Shown here in pieces: positions 1 through 11,082 of a DNA stretch of 48,434 bases. How positions within the stretch are numbered: position 1 is the first letter of the stretch; the number at the start of each line of letters is the position of its first letter. The position numbers and the translations under genes are program-made. The notes under the pieces were generated by a model. That model did no database searches. It saw only the letters and a list, made by a program, of their open reading frames with translations, and was not told the origin of the DNA. Location: contig CACGGY010000001.1 in assembly GCA_902572675.1 (NCBI GenBank), positions 1-48,434 of the forward strand, in the 5' to 3' direction. This stretch comes from an uncultured Prochlorococcus sp. (lineage in GTDB: Bacteria > Cyanobacteriota > Cyanobacteriia > PCC-6307 > Cyanobiaceae).

Positions 1-627
1 TGTTTCTTGACAACTATTTTTTTAGCCGCATTTTTCATAACATTTAATAATCAAATAGTACAGTTAGTTTTTCAAAGAGGATCTTTTGATTATTCAGCAG
101 CTTTAAAAGTAAAGAACATATTAATTGCTTATGGAGTTGGCATACCTTTTTATCTTTATAGAGATTTATTAGTAAGAACTTACTATTCAATAGAAAAAAC
201 AAACTTCCCTTTCAAGTCATCATTTGCAGGGATAATATTAAATATTTTTTTTGATTGGTTGTTAATTGGTGCCCCAATTAATAATTTTGGGAATCTTTCT
301 CCATATAATTTTGGAGTAATAGGAATAATTTTATCTTCAGTAATAGTCAACTTTATAGTTTGCGTTTTGCTTTCTTTTAATCTGAGAAATGAAAATATCT
401 TCTTACCTAGCTTGGATTTATTAAGGAAAATTATACTGATGGCATTAGCGGCATTTATAGACAGCATCCTTTGTTTTACTATTCTTAAAACTACAAATAA
501 CTTCAATTCAATTCTCGGAGAATTTTTATTAATAGTATTTGGATCTCTAACTTTTTTTGTAATCTATTTTTTTCTTACAAAATGCCTGAAAGTAAATAAA
601 TTTAAAGTTTATAAAAAAAAGATTTAG
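1..627 (+). CDS. murJ: Lipid II flippase MurJ/MviN, C-terminal part (5' end outside window)
   Basis: Frame open from base 1; motifs 'IVQLVFQRGSFD', 'AYGVGIPFYLYRDLLVRTYYS', 'TNFPF' typical of MviN; many transmembrane segments. Confidence 0.9.
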   Translation, partial: CFLTTIFLAAFFITFNNQIVQLVFQRGSFDYSAALKVKNILIAYGVGIPFYLYRDLLVRTYYSIEKTNFPFKSSFAGIILNIFFDWLLIGAPINNFGNLSPYNFGVIGIILSSVIVNFIVCVLLSFNLRNENIFLPSLDLLRKIILMALAAFIDSILCFTILKTTNNFNSILGEFLLIVFGSLTFFVIYFFLTKCLKVNKFKVYKKKI

Positions 628-914
628 TTTTCAAAAAAACTTTCCAAAATCTCCTCTAATTCTAGAATTTGTGAGTTAGTTATTAAATTGATTAGTGGAA
701 TACTGTTAACACCATCCCCAACTTTTACATTTATTGATTTCAAACTTATTTTCGCAGCCTCCAATGGCCCTTGATCTTTATTGCTGATACATTCAATAGC
801 AAGATTTCTGGCTAGGCCAGCATCTCCAAGATATAAATTCCACTTTTCTATTTTTATAAAAACCTTTTCTGAAATAATATTTTCTAGATCACTTATTCGT
901 ACCTGAGAGTCCAT
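624..914 (-). CDS. Conserved cyanobacterial protein, DUF3181-like
   Basis: 'KVFIKIEKWNLYLGDAGLA' resembles the DUF3181 core (recalled, not searched). Confidence 0.75.
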   Translation of the reverse strand: MDSQVRISDLENIISEKVFIKIEKWNLYLGDAGLARNLAIECISNKDQGPLEAAKISLKSINVKVGDGVNSIPLINLITNSQILELEEILESFFEN

Positions 915-928
915 AAATTAAAAATTAA

Positions 929-1180
929 TTAAGTTGATTGTTTTGAAGTATCTTTAGGTTTTTTCATAATTACAAATAGTAAATGGGAAGCTAAAAGAAT
1001 TGACCAGAAAATTGCAAAATTATTAAAAAAAGCGATTTCATATTTAATTTCTTTTAAAAGCCAGGTGCCACTTACTATCGCAGTAAATATCATGCAGTGA
1101 ATAACAAAATTTACTATTCGAGAAAAATGTTTATATATGGGATCTTCTAAATCACCATTTCCGTACCACTTTATAGGCAT
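929..1180 (-). CDS. Small two-transmembrane conserved hypothetical protein
   Basis: 83 aa, 'DPIYKHFSRIVNFVIH' followed by two hydrophobic helices. Confidence 0.7.
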   Translation of the reverse strand: MPIKWYGNGDLEDPIYKHFSRIVNFVIHCMIFTAIVSGTWLLKEIKYEIAFFNNFAIFWSILLASHLLFVIMKKPKDTSKQST

Positions 1181-1226
1181 ATTAATAATTAGATTGTTAA
1201 TAATAGATATTTTACCTGAAATCTAG

Positions 1227-1256
1227 TTGACTAAGAGACCCTGAAACAGAGATATT
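1227..1256 (+). promoter_or_regulatory. Candidate sigma70 promoter of tRNA-Arg (TTGACT-N18-GATATT)
   Basis: -35-like TTGACT 1227-1232 and -10-like GATATT 1251-1256, about 10 nt before the tRNA. Confidence 0.35.
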
Positions 1257-1265
1257 ACAAATTAT

Positions 1266-1339
1266 GCGCCTGTAGCTCAGTGGATTAGAGCACCTGACTA
1301 CGGATCAGGGTGTCGGGAGTTCGAATCTCTCCAGGCGCG
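1266..1339 (+). tRNA. tRNA-Arg(ACG)
   Basis: GCGCCTG/CAGGCGC acceptor stem, D-arm AGCTCAGTGGATTAGAGC, anticodon arm CCTGA-CTACGGA-TCAGG, T-loop GTTCGAATC; CCA not encoded. Confidence 0.98.
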
Positions 1340-1416
1340 TTTAAAATTCTGAAATATTCTTTTTATATTTTTCTAAAAAATATCGTCTATATTATGTATA
1401 TTACTTATCAAATTCA

Positions 1417-2688
1417 ATGAATATTCTTCAAAATCTTAAAGAAAGTGATCCAGTAATATCAAATTTTATCAACTCTGAAAAAAATAGGCAGGAAACTCAT
1501 CTTGAGTTAATCGCTAGCGAAAATTTCGCATCAATTGCCGTTATGCAGGCTCAAGGTTCCGTCCTTACAAATAAATACGCCGAGGGATTACCTCAGAAAA
1601 GATACTACGGGGGATGTGAATTTGTTGATGAAATCGAAGAATTAGCTATTCAGAGAGCAAAAAAATTATTTAATGCAAACTGGGCTAATGTTCAACCCCA
1701 TAGTGGAGCACAGGCAAATGCTGCTGTTTTCCTAAGTCTACTTAAACCTGGCGACACAATCATGGGGATGGATTTATCTCATGGTGGACACCTAACTCAT
1801 GGTTCTCCAGTAAATATGAGTGGTAAGTGGTTCAATGCAGTTCACTATGGTGTAAATAAAGAAACTAGTGAATTAAATTTTGATGAAATAAGAGAGATAG
1901 CACTTGAAACAAAACCAAAATTGATCATATGCGGATATTCTGCTTATCCAAGAACAATCGATTTTGAATCATTTAGAAATATTGCAGATGAAGTTGGTGC
2001 TTTCTTAATGGCTGATATTGCACATATTGCCGGTCTTGTAGCAAGTAAACTTCACCCAAATCCAATCCCTTATTGTGATGTAGTAACTACAACTACTCAT
2101 AAAACATTAAGAGGGCCTAGAGGGGGTCTTATCTTATGTAAAGATGCAGAATTTGGAAAGAAATTTGATAAATCTGTTTTCCCTGGAACTCAGGGTGGGC
2201 CCCTCGAACATATAATTGCCGCTAAAGCAGTTGCATTTGGAGAAGCCTTGCAGCCAGATTTCGTTAATTATTCCCAACAAGTAATAAAAAATTCAAAAGT
2301 TCTAGCTTCAACTTTAATAAATAGAGGTATCAATATCGTGAGTGGAGGAACTGATAACCATATTGTTTTACTCGATTTAAGAAGTATCAATATGACTGGT
2401 AAAATTGCTGACTTACTTGTAAGTGAAGTGAATATTACTGCAAATAAAAATACCGTTCCATTTGACCCTGAATCACCTTTTGTAACCAGCGGACTAAGGT
2501 TGGGAACTGCCGCTTTAACTACTAGAGGCTTTAATGAGAATGCTTTTGCTGAAGTTGGCGAAATTATTGCTGATAGATTACTAAACCCAGACGATTCACT
2601 AATTGAAAGTCAATGTAAAGAAAGAGTATTAACCTTATGTAATCGTTTTCCTCTTTATGAAGGCAAACTTGAAGCATCAATAAAATGA
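1417..2688 (+). CDS. glyA: Serine hydroxymethyltransferase
   Basis: 'LIASENF', '[15 protein letters not shown]', PLP-lysine motif '[14 protein letters not shown]'. Confidence 0.99.
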   Translation: MNILQNLKESDPVISNFINSEKNRQETHLELIASENFASIAVMQAQGSVLTNKYAEGLPQKRYYGGCEFVDEIEELAIQRAKKLFNANWANVQPHSGAQANAAVFLSLLKPGDTIMGMDLSHGGHLTHGSPVNMSGKWFNAVHYGVNKETSELNFDEIREIALETKPKLIICGYSAYPRTIDFESFRNIADEVGAFLMADIAHIAGLVASKLHPNPIPYCDVVTTTTHKTLRGPRGGLILCKDAEFGKKFDKSVFPGTQGGPLEHIIAAKAVAFGEALQPDFVNYSQQVIKNSKVLASTLINRGINIVSGGTDNHIVLLDLRSINMTGKIADLLVSEVNITANKNTVPFDPESPFVTSGLRLGTAALTTRGFNENAFAEVGEIIADRLLNPDDSLIESQCKERVLTLCNRFPLYEGKLEASIK

Positions 2689-3959
2689 GTCCTAACTCCA
2701 AGGGAGTTGAAATTCTTTCAATTGGAACAGAGCTACTCTTAGGAAATATTATAAATACAAATGCTCAATGGATTTCTGAACAGTTATCTCAATTAGGCTT
2801 AAATCACTTTAGGCAATCAACTGTAGGTGATAATTATGATCGAATTATAAAAGTAATTCAAGAAATATCGAAAAGAAGTAATCTTCTTATTACAACTGGT
2901 GGCTTGGGACCCACCCCAGATGACTTAACTACTGAAGCAATAGCCAAATCTTTTAATGTAACTCTTTTTGAAAGACCCCACTTATGGGATGAAATTAAAC
3001 AAAAACTGCCAAACTCAAAACTCAAGGACGATTCATCTAGCTTAAGGAAACAATGTCTCTTCCCAAAAAATGCTCAAATAATCAATAACCCAAGGGGTAC
3101 TGCCCCAGGAATGATATGGGAACCAATAAAAGGATTTACTATTCTTACATTCCCTGGAGTACCAAGTGAAATGAAAACTATGTGGGAAGAGACAGCGTGT
3201 GATTTCATTAAAACCAAATTCTCAGATAATTATTCCTTTTATTCAAATACTCTTAAATTTGCAGGTATTGGAGAATCTAGTGTTGCAGAAAAAATTAATG
3301 ATCTATTGAATCTTAAAAACCCTACTGTTGCTCCATATGCAAACTTAGGAGAAGTTAAACTAAGAATCACAGCGCGAGCAAAGAATCATCTAGAAGCAAA
3401 AAATATAATTAAACCTGTAAAAGAGAAATTAAAAAAAGATTTTTCGAAATTTATTTTTGGGGAGGATAATGAAACTCTGCCTAGCGTTTTAATAAAAGAA
3501 TTAACCGAGAGGAACCAAACTATTGTTTTTGCTGAATCCTGCACCGGAGGCCTTCTATCCTCATCACTAACATCAATTTCAGGCTCATCTAAAGTTTTTC
3601 AAGGCAGTATTGTTTCCTATAGTAATAATCTCAAAAAGTCACTATTAAGTATTCCGGAAATTATTCTTCATAAGTATGGAGCTGTTTCTAAAGAAGTTTG
3701 TGAGGCTATGGCAATTAATGTCAAAAATAGTTTAGGAGCAGACTGGGCAATAGCGACCAGTGGAATTGCTGGTCCCAATGGAGGAAGTCAAGAAAAACCA
3801 GTTGGACTAGTATATATTTCAATTGCAGGACCAAATAATCATATTACCAATATCAAAAAAATATTTAACTCGAACCGAAATAGAATAGAAATTCAAACAC
3901 TAAGTGTAAATGTGTGTTTGAACAGCCTCAGATTAATCCTATTATCGAATAGTAAATAA
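2685..3959 (+). CDS. cinA: Competence/damage-inducible protein CinA (MCF domain plus PncC NMN deamidase domain)
   Basis: 'IGTELLLG', '[13 protein letters not shown]', 'AESCTGG', 'SGIAGPNGG'; ATGA overlap with glyA. Confidence 0.95.
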   Translation: MSPNSKGVEILSIGTELLLGNIINTNAQWISEQLSQLGLNHFRQSTVGDNYDRIIKVIQEISKRSNLLITTGGLGPTPDDLTTEAIAKSFNVTLFERPHLWDEIKQKLPNSKLKDDSSSLRKQCLFPKNAQIINNPRGTAPGMIWEPIKGFTILTFPGVPSEMKTMWEETACDFIKTKFSDNYSFYSNTLKFAGIGESSVAEKINDLLNLKNPTVAPYANLGEVKLRITARAKNHLEAKNIIKPVKEKLKKDFSKFIFGEDNETLPSVLIKELTERNQTIVFAESCTGGLLSSSLTSISGSSKVFQGSIVSYSNNLKKSLLSIPEIILHKYGAVSKEVCEAMAINVKNSLGADWAIATSGIAGPNGGSQEKPVGLVYISIAGPNNHITNIKKIFNSNRNRIEIQTLSVNVCLNSLRLILLSNSK

Positions 3960-3971
3960 CGTTTCAACAAA

Positions 3972-5375
3972 TTGAGTAAAGATACCTTATTCGATAAAGT
4001 TTGGGATTTGCATAAGGTTTCCAGTCTTCCTGGTGGCTCAGATCAAATCTTTATTGGTCTTCACCTCATCCATGAAGTAACAAGTCCTCAAGCATTTGGC
4101 GCTCTAAAAGACAAAAATTTAAAAGTAAAATTCCCAGGTAGAACTGTTGCTACAGTTGATCATATCGTGCCGACAGATAATCAAAGCAGACCTTTCAAGG
4201 ATAATCTTGCAGAGCAAATGATTGAAACACTTGAAAAGAACTGCTTACAACACAAAATAAGATTTTTTAATATTGGTAGTGGTAATCAAGGAATAGTACA
4301 TGTAGTAGCTCCAGAATTGGGTCTAACACAGCCAGGTATGACAATCGCTTGTGGAGATTCTCATACTTCAACTCATGGAGCTTTTGGTTCAATTGCTTTT
4401 GGTATAGGTACAAGCCAAGTTAGAGATGTTCTTGCTACTCAAACAATAGCTATGAACAAATTGAAGGTAAGACAAATTTGGTGTGAAAATAAATTATCTC
4501 ACGGGGTTTATGCTAAGGATCTAGTGCTACATATTATTAATAGACTTGGTGTAAAGGCTGGAGTAGGTTTTGCGTATGAATTCGCAGGCCCTGCAATCAA
4601 TTCATTATCAATTGAAGAAAGGATGACTATATGCAATATGTCTATTGAGGGAGGCGCGAGATGTGGCTACATAAATCCTGATGAAAAGACTTTTAATTAC
4701 ATTAAAAATAAATTATGTGCGCCCAAAAATGAGAATTGGGACGAAGCACTATCATGGTGGAAATCATTAAAAAGCGATGCAAATTCTATTTATGATGATG
4801 TAATTAAATTTGATGCTTCAAAAGTAGAACCAACCATAACCTGGGGAATTACGCCTGGTCAAAGTGTAGGAATCAATCAAAAGATACCTCTTTTAAAAGA
4901 ATTGTCCCCAAATGACCAATTTATTGCTGAAGAAGCTTTTGAATATATGGGTTTCAAGCCAGGTCAATTAATTAAAGATACTCCAATAGATGTTTGTTTT
5001 ATAGGCAGTTGTACTAATGGAAGAATCAGTGACTTAAGAGTTGCTGCCAAAGTATTAAAAAACAAAAAAGTATCCCAGAATATCAAAGCATTTGTAGTAC
5101 CAGGTTCTGAGAAAGTAGCTAAAGAAGCAAAAATAGAGGGACTTGATAAAATTTTCTTGGATGCAGGCTTTCAATGGAGAGAGCCAGGTTGCTCTATGTG
5201 TCTAGCCATGAATTCAGATAAATTAATAGGGAACCAAATTAGCGCCAGTTCAAGCAATAGAAATTTCAAAGGAAGGCAAGGATCTCCAAGTGGGAGGACA
5301 TTATTAATGAGTCCTGCAATGGTTGCTGCAGCTGCAATATCAGGAAAAGTAACTGATGTAAGAGATTTTATGTAA
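3972..5375 (+). CDS. leuC: 3-isopropylmalate dehydratase large subunit (TTG start)
   Basis: 'HEVTSPQAF', '[13 protein letters not shown]', Fe-S cysteines 'IGSCTN' and 'GCSMCLAMN'. Confidence 0.99.
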   Translation: MSKDTLFDKVWDLHKVSSLPGGSDQIFIGLHLIHEVTSPQAFGALKDKNLKVKFPGRTVATVDHIVPTDNQSRPFKDNLAEQMIETLEKNCLQHKIRFFNIGSGNQGIVHVVAPELGLTQPGMTIACGDSHTSTHGAFGSIAFGIGTSQVRDVLATQTIAMNKLKVRQIWCENKLSHGVYAKDLVLHIINRLGVKAGVGFAYEFAGPAINSLSIEERMTICNMSIEGGARCGYINPDEKTFNYIKNKLCAPKNENWDEALSWWKSLKSDANSIYDDVIKFDASKVEPTITWGITPGQSVGINQKIPLLKELSPNDQFIAEEAFEYMGFKPGQLIKDTPIDVCFIGSCTNGRISDLRVAAKVLKNKKVSQNIKAFVVPGSEKVAKEAKIEGLDKIFLDAGFQWREPGCSMCLAMNSDKLIGNQISASSSNRNFKGRQGSPSGRTLLMSPAMVAAAAISGKVTDVRDFM

Positions 5376-5377
5376 AA

Positions 5378-6010
5378 ATGATCGAACAGTTTCAAGCCCC
5401 ATTTGGGCCAATATTAAAAATAGTAGGTAAAACGATAGTATTGGTCGGTGATGACATTGATACCGATCGAATTATTCCAGCTCGTTTTTTAAAATGTGTA
5501 AATTTCGACAATTTAGGAAAATCCGTTTTTGAAGATGATAGGAAAAATCTTAAAGGGAAACATCCTTTTGATTTGGAATCTAATAAAGGATCTTCAATAC
5601 TTATTGTTAATAGTAATTTTGGATGTGGCTCTAGTAGAGAACATGCACCCCAAGCCCTTCTGAGGTGGGGAATAAGAGCGATAATTGGAGAAAGCTTTGC
5701 AGAAATCTTCTATAGTAATTGTATCTCTATTGGGATTCCGTGTTACACACTTCCAAAAAAAATAATTAAAAATATTCAAGAGAATAAAAATGAACATTTT
5801 TATGAAATAGATATTAAAGAATCCATCTTAAAGTCTAAAGTTTTTAATTTAGATTTACAAATAAAAAATTCATCAAAAAATATGTTTTTGTCTGGGAAGT
5901 GGGATGCAACCTCAACACTTCTTGAAAATGCAAACCTAATTGAACAAAAATTAAATGATTTACCTTACACAAAATTTAATCAATCCAATGAATTATTCGA
6001 AACCATATAA
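5378..6010 (+). CDS. leuD: 3-isopropylmalate dehydratase small subunit
   Basis: 'DIDTDRIIPARFL', 'NFGCGSSREHAP', directly downstream of leuC. Confidence 0.98.
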   Translation: MIEQFQAPFGPILKIVGKTIVLVGDDIDTDRIIPARFLKCVNFDNLGKSVFEDDRKNLKGKHPFDLESNKGSSILIVNSNFGCGSSREHAPQALLRWGIRAIIGESFAEIFYSNCISIGIPCYTLPKKIIKNIQENKNEHFYEIDIKESILKSKVFNLDLQIKNSSKNMFLSGKWDATSTLLENANLIEQKLNDLPYTKFNQSNELFETI

Positions 6011-7975
6011 AGAAAAACTTATTCCTCCAGATTGGTTATGTGGTTGAAAAAAGATACCTAATTCGTATGATCTTTTTTTCAAATTTATGGAGATTTTTGA
6101 ACTTATAAAATCTCCATAATCTTGTGAATTTCCATCCAAATTTAAAGTAGCATCCGTTTTTAAAAGGATAGGACCAAATAATTGTTGATCAAAAGCCAAA
6201 TCTAATGTAAATTTATCTGAAATTTGATCGAATTTAAAAATGCTCTCACCGCTTTTTAGCTTATAAGAAGGGAATAAACTAATTCTTGTATAATCAAAAT
6301 ATTTTTTCTTATATTCTCCAAAAACAAATTCAGGACCAGCTCCAAATTCAATATATTCTTGATGATTACCACCATCATAAAAAGAATAAAAAGCTGCTAA
6401 TTTTGTATTAATATTGATTCCTTGATTGACTGGCTCAAAAATATATTTAAAAGAATTATCAACGAATTTATTTTTAGATTCTTTAGTGGATAGAGAAATT
6501 TTTTGGTCCAATGAATAAAAAATACTACCTTTAAAACTACTCACTAAATTTTTACTATTTAATTCTTCACCTTTAAAGTTTCCCAAACCCAAGGTTATTG
6601 TCTGAGTATTAGCAATTCCATTTTTTTTCCAAGTATTTGTATTTTCTAGTTTTGAACCATAACCTAAATAGACTTCCGCTTCGCCTATGGAACCATTCCA
6701 AATCCTATCTCTATAAACCCCATATAAACTTTTAACCCAAATTGAATCTAAAAAGTCAATTTTTTTGCTTAAGTCAAATTTTAATCTTGAAGCATCTAAA
6801 ATCTTTCCAGAATCAAAAGAATTTAGCTTCTTTGAAATTTTTAGATCCCATTTGTCCAATTTACCAATAATATCTGAATTTAAGGCAAAATAATCAGAAA
6901 AAACAGTATCTCTTTTTACTCTATCTGCGGTTATTGATTCCCCATCTCCAACAAAACTATTTGTATAACCCTGCATTGATCTTTGGATCAAAAATTGAGG
7001 CTCTAGATTCAATTTTAATTTGTCTGTTAACTTTATAGGATCTAATCTTCTTCCGATAAAATAACCATCCTTGTCTAAATTATCGAAGCCTAGGTACCAT
7101 TTTGGTTTTAGACCAAACAAAAACCCCTGTTCTGAATCTCTTATTGTTCTATTTCCAAACCAAAAAGGAATCGAAAACTTATCTTCTAAAACTAAATAAC
7201 TTATCGATGATCTTATTTCTAACCTATCATTTTTTGGAGTTATTTTTAGGTCATTTATTACAAAATTAATTTGATCTGATTCAAGCAAATCATTTGTAAA
7301 AATTGCTTTATTAGCCAACCATTGGTCATTTTTAACTTTTAATTCATCTGTATAGAAAATCCAATTATGAACTCCATTCGAGGTATGTAGTACCTTGACT
7401 TTATTGATTTTTTGTACAACTGATTGAATTTGATCTGAATCATATGAAGTTAAATCTAAATTTTTTAAAAGATTTTTAGTTTTAATTAAACCTTTTACTT
7501 TAATGAAAGAACCTTGATTATTTTGAAAATCGAAATTGATTTTCTCTGCATTAAAGAGTTGATCTCCAAGAATTAAGGAAACATTACCTTCTGCTTCAAC
7601 AACACCCTTGGACTTATCATAAATAAGAACATCAGCTTTTAAAATATTCCCTTTATAATAAGCAATTACATTACCCTCAGCGAATAAAACTGACTCCTGC
7701 TGATATTGTTTGTCTGATTGTATTTTTAGCTGCGATTTTAGATTTAAATTTGAGTCTAGTGCAATTTTTTTAATAACTTCTGAAATATTGTTAGTTTTTC
7801 TAACGCTAGAAGATTCTTTTAGAACTGAAATTTTCTCCAAAAAATGTTTATTAACGTCCCAAACTTCTTGTGTTTTTCTATAAGCAAATGTAGGTGTAGC
7901 AGGGTAAAAAAAGTTTATTAAATTAACTAAAAATAAATTTGTAAATATAAATTTTCTTATTTTAATGGTATTCAA
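5993..7975 (-). CDS. OstA/LptD-like outer-membrane protein (DUF3769-like)
   Basis: Signal-peptide-like N-terminus, beta-jellyroll-like 'AEGNV' repeats ('LFAEGNV', 'VEAEGNV'), beta-rich C-terminus ending near an aromatic residue. Confidence 0.75.
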   Translation of the reverse strand: MNTIKIRKFIFTNLFLVNLINFFYPATPTFAYRKTQEVWDVNKHFLEKISVLKESSSVRKTNNISEVIKKIALDSNLNLKSQLKIQSDKQYQQESVLFAEGNVIAYYKGNILKADVLIYDKSKGVVEAEGNVSLILGDQLFNAEKINFDFQNNQGSFIKVKGLIKTKNLLKNLDLTSYDSDQIQSVVQKINKVKVLHTSNGVHNWIFYTDELKVKNDQWLANKAIFTNDLLESDQINFVINDLKITPKNDRLEIRSSISYLVLEDKFSIPFWFGNRTIRDSEQGFLFGLKPKWYLGFDNLDKDGYFIGRRLDPIKLTDKLKLNLEPQFLIQRSMQGYTNSFVGDGESITADRVKRDTVFSDYFALNSDIIGKLDKWDLKISKKLNSFDSGKILDASRLKFDLSKKIDFLDSIWVKSLYGVYRDRIWNGSIGEAEVYLGYGSKLENTNTWKKNGIANTQTITLGLGNFKGEELNSKNLVSSFKGSIFYSLDQKISLSTKESKNKFVDNSFKYIFEPVNQGININTKLAAFYSFYDGGNHQEYIEFGAGPEFVFGEYKKKYFDYTRISLFPSYKLKSGESIFKFDQISDKFTLDLAFDQQLFGPILLKTDATLNLDGNSQDYGDFISSKISINLKKRSYELGIFFQPHNQSGGISFSLYGFE

Positions 7976-7998
7976 TATTATTTCCCAGATAGAAGAAA

Positions 7999-8127
7999 TT
8001 AATCCTGAGGACTTTCTAAATCTTTCCTATTAGGAGTTCTTGTAGGATCACTTGCCAAGAAGCCAAAGAGAAATATTCCTACAAAGAAAAAAACGATTGT
8101 GTAAACTGAAATTTTTAATGCAAGCAT
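7999..8127 (-). CDS. psbI: Photosystem II reaction centre protein I (42 aa; not in ORF track)
   Basis: Hand translation [42 protein letters not shown]. Confidence 0.97.
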
Positions 8128-8148
8128 GGAACTACGTGAGCTGACTGA

Positions 8149-8154
8149 ATTATA
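8149..8154 (-). promoter_or_regulatory. Candidate -10 box (TATAAT) for psbI
   Basis: Perfect TATAAT on the minus strand about 21 nt upstream of the psbI ATG. Confidence 0.4.
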
Positions 8155-8235
8155 TCTTATAAAGAATATATTTAATTTATGGTAAAAGGTTTACTTTTTG
8201 TATTTTTGGAAAATTTTGAAATACTTTAAAAGAAA

Positions 8236-8388
8236 TTAATCATCATGATCATCCCATGGATCTGTAAGCTTTGCTGCTTTTGGTCCAAATGCAGTCCAAA
8301 GACCAAAACCAGTTAAAGCAAGTAGGATTGCCAGGATTGTAACTGCTATGGAAATTGCAGGATCGGGAGCAGATGATAAAGTTTGCAT
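8236..8388 (-). CDS. psbN: Photosystem II assembly protein PsbN (50 aa; not in ORF track)
   Basis: Hand translation MQTLSSAPDPAISIAVTILAILLALTGFGLWTAFGPKAAKLTDPWDDHDD; divergent from psbH as is typical. Confidence 0.97.
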   Translation of the reverse strand: MQTLSSAPDPAISIAVTILAILLALTGFGLWTAFGPKAAKLTDPWDDHDD

Positions 8389-8468
8389 CAATTTTGATAA
8401 GTTTGTAAACAATTTATGTATTAGTTCTTATAGAATAGCGAAATAATATTCAAATTTGTGAATTAAAC

Positions 8469-8669
8469 ATGGGTCAAAAAACAGCATTAGGAAGTCTTTT
8501 AAAAGCTATTGGTAATTCAGGCCAAGGAAAAGTTGTACCTGGTTGGGGAGCAGTTCCTGTGATGACAGTCATTGGCTTACTGCTACTAGTTTTTTTAGTT
8601 ATTCTTTTACAAATTTATAATCAATCCCTTCTGCTGCAGGGTTTTTCAGTGGATTGGAACGGCAATTAA
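8469..8669 (+). CDS. psbH: Photosystem II protein H
   Basis: 'KTALGSLLK', 'GKVVPGWG', 'LQIYNQS'. Confidence 0.97.
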
Positions 8670-8796
8670 ATATTCAATTTTCAAAAGTTTTCTATTTAAT
8701 TTAAATTTTAATAGATATACTTTCTGTTTTAAATAACTTAGTTATAGTTTGTTTGTTAATTCATAATTCTCAATGATAGTGTCTTAGGATCCAATT

Positions 8797-9399
8797 ATGA
8801 ATGAAATATTTCTGGTTGGTTTGGGGAATCCAGGTAAAAAATACTCTAATAGTAGGCATAATATAGGTTTTTTGTTGCTTGAAAATCTTTCTAAGAAGTA
8901 TAATTCTAATTTTATTTTGAAAGGTAAACTTAAAAGTTATTGTTCAGAAATACAAATTAATAATTACACTTACAGATTATTTTTACCGACTACGTTTATG
9001 AACAATTGCGGTGAAGCTGTACGAGCAATTATAGATTGGTACAAAATAGATTTAGATCAGATTATTATAATTGTCGATGATAAAGATCTTCCTCTTGGTA
9101 AAATAAGATTCAGAAAAAAAGGAAGTTCAGGTGGGCATAATGGACTTAAAAGTATAATTGATAAACTACAAACTCAAAATTTTAATAGAATAAGAATTGG
9201 TATTGGGTCGCCTCCATTAATTAAAGGAACGGATAGTTTTAATACAATTTCTCATGTATTAGGAAATATCTCTCAGAAAGAAAAATTGATTTTGGATAAA
9301 GTATATAAAAAAGTAATAGAGTCCCTCGAACAATTAATTACGAAAAAAGAAGAATATATTATAAATGAATTAAATTCTTTTGATAAAAAACACATTTAA
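8797..9399 (+). CDS. pth: Peptidyl-tRNA hydrolase
   Basis: 'VGLGNPG', 'RHNIGF', 'GGHNGLKS', 'RIRIGIG'. Confidence 0.98.
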   Translation: MNEIFLVGLGNPGKKYSNSRHNIGFLLLENLSKKYNSNFILKGKLKSYCSEIQINNYTYRLFLPTTFMNNCGEAVRAIIDWYKIDLDQIIIIVDDKDLPLGKIRFRKKGSSGGHNGLKSIIDKLQTQNFNRIRIGIGSPPLIKGTDSFNTISHVLGNISQKEKLILDKVYKKVIESLEQLITKKEEYIINELNSFDKKHI

Positions 9400-9402
9400 C
9401 AA

Positions 9403-9660
9403 ATGCGGTCAAAAGCAGAAACAACAGCATATGTAAGTATTAAAGAATATTCCTTCTCAAAAAAACAAATTGAAGGAGTTGTAGAAGCTAGTCAATTTCA
9501 ATGGACTTTTACATGGTCTTTTCATAAAGGTTTATTATTAGTTAACCCTGCTTTGGGAAGAGCATTAATTGAGGATGCCCTCTTAAGATTTTTATTGAAA
9601 AAAGATTATCAATTAGAATCAGGAAACGAATATAAGTTTATTATTTCAGCCAAGTTTTAA
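9403..9660 (+). CDS. Conserved cyanobacterial protein, DUF3146-like
   Basis: 'ETTAYV', 'GRALIEDALLRFL', 'YQLESGNEY' resemble DUF3146 (recalled). Confidence 0.75.
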   Translation: MRSKAETTAYVSIKEYSFSKKQIEGVVEASQFQWTFTWSFHKGLLLVNPALGRALIEDALLRFLLKKDYQLESGNEYKFIISAKF

Positions 9661-10078
9661 AATCTATATTTTGATTCAAAGTAAACTTCATTTTGCAATA
9701 ATCTTCTAAAATTATTAAAGCCGATATTGCGTCGAGATTCTTATTAAGAAGAAAACACTCCCTTGGTATGAAAAACTTCCAACCATTAATTGGAAAAAGT
9801 TCGAAATATCTTGCTTTAGCTCTATAAGTAGTATTTTTTTCGTCAAAAGTTATTACTTCTTTTTTTAAAAAAGTTAATTTCTCTTTAATCTCTTTATTGG
9901 TTGTACCATTACCAATAATAATTTTAGATATGCCTTCAACCGTATTTAAATCTCTAAAATAATCTTCTAGTAATTCACTTTTAAGAATAATAGCTTGATA
10001 AACTTTTTTTTCACCTATGTCAGCCAATACTAAGCCGCATTTAATTTTTCCAGGATCAATACTTATTACTCTATTCAT
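9641..10078 (-). CDS. YqgF/RuvX-like RNase H-fold nuclease
   Basis: 'SIDPGKIKCGL', 'IIGNGTT', 'DEKNTT', 'DAISALIILE'. Confidence 0.85.
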   Translation of the reverse strand: MNRVISIDPGKIKCGLVLADIGEKKVYQAIILKSELLEDYFRDLNTVEGISKIIIGNGTTNKEIKEKLTFLKKEVITFDEKNTTYRAKARYFELFPINGWKFFIPRECFLLNKNLDAISALIILEDYCKMKFTLNQNIDFKTWLK

Positions 10079-11044
10079 TTAAGATTTGATTTTTAGAATA
10101 TTAATTTCAACAATTATGGGTTCTGCAGTTTTACTATCTCTTAAAGATACTACTTCTAACTTAAATTTGATATTTTGATTATTTTGCAAAAAGTCTCTAA
10201 TTTTTTTTACAAAATTTCCTCTTGTATTGATTTCACTAGCTTGTGATCCTTTTAACTTAATTTCATCTCTCGTTTCTATAAGTAATGATTTAATTTTTGA
10301 ATTTATAGATTTAAGATTTAAATCACTTTTTCCCAAAATAGAACTTTTAATAACATCTCCTTTCCTGACTATATACTTATTCTCTAATAAATCAGGTGAT
10401 ACAAAAACATAATTATCCCCTCTTAACACATTAGTTGCCGATTTAATTATGAGAATCCAATTGTCACCTTTAGATGCTAAATTTTCAATCTTGTTTATAT
10501 CGCTAGGTCTCCACAAAAGAATATTTTTTGCATCTTTTTTACTTGGGATAACAATTTTCCTAACAAATTTATCTGCTTCATTATAGATATTTCCCAATGC
10601 TAATTTTATATTTGAACTAGAGTTAATTTCAGCAATAAATAAAGTTTGTCCTCTTTTAATAACTATATTTCCTCGTCTAAATTCATTTACATCATTTTTT
10701 AGTTTATTTAATTCCTTTTCTTTCAAAATAATCTTACCTTCGAGTCTCTTTTGTTCTTCCTGCAAAGGTATTAAAGCCTTTTTACTTTCATCTAAAGTTC
10801 TTTGCAAAAAAGGAATGTCAACAAAAAGTCTTTGTCTAAATTCTTCACTAACTAAAATCAGTAGCCCTATTGATATTGAACTAATAAAACCACCAGTAAT
10901 TATCGTTACGATTGTGGCTGTTTTCTTTGGTCTTAATTTTAAAATACTAAATCTTGCTTTACCAATCTTTGTACCAAGCAAATCTCCAAATGGTGCAATT
11001 AATCCTCCAAGTAATATTAAAAAAATTATTAGAATCCAAGCCAA
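10079..11044 (-). CDS. DUF3084-like membrane-anchored coiled-coil protein
   Basis: 'GGLIAPFGDLLGTKIGKARFSILKLRPKKTA' N-terminus, coiled coil; downstream of ntcA. Confidence 0.8.
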   Translation of the reverse strand: MAWILIIFLILLGGLIAPFGDLLGTKIGKARFSILKLRPKKTATIVTIITGGFISSISIGLLILVSEEFRQRLFVDIPFLQRTLDESKKALIPLQEEQKRLEGKIILKEKELNKLKNDVNEFRRGNIVIKRGQTLFIAEINSSSNIKLALGNIYNEADKFVRKIVIPSKKDAKNILLWRPSDINKIENLASKGDNWILIIKSATNVLRGDNYVFVSPDLLENKYIVRKGDVIKSSILGKSDLNLKSINSKIKSLLIETRDEIKLKGSQASEINTRGNFVKKIRDFLQNNQNIKFKLEVVSLRDSKTAEPIIVEINILKIKS

Positions 11045-11082
11045 GCTTTTTATTTACCCTATACATCATATTTAATAATGAA

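Noticed and set aside
1266-1416. tRNA-Arg as a possible island integration site
   Set aside because: Flanked directly by core genes; no integrase or duplicated tRNA 3' end seen
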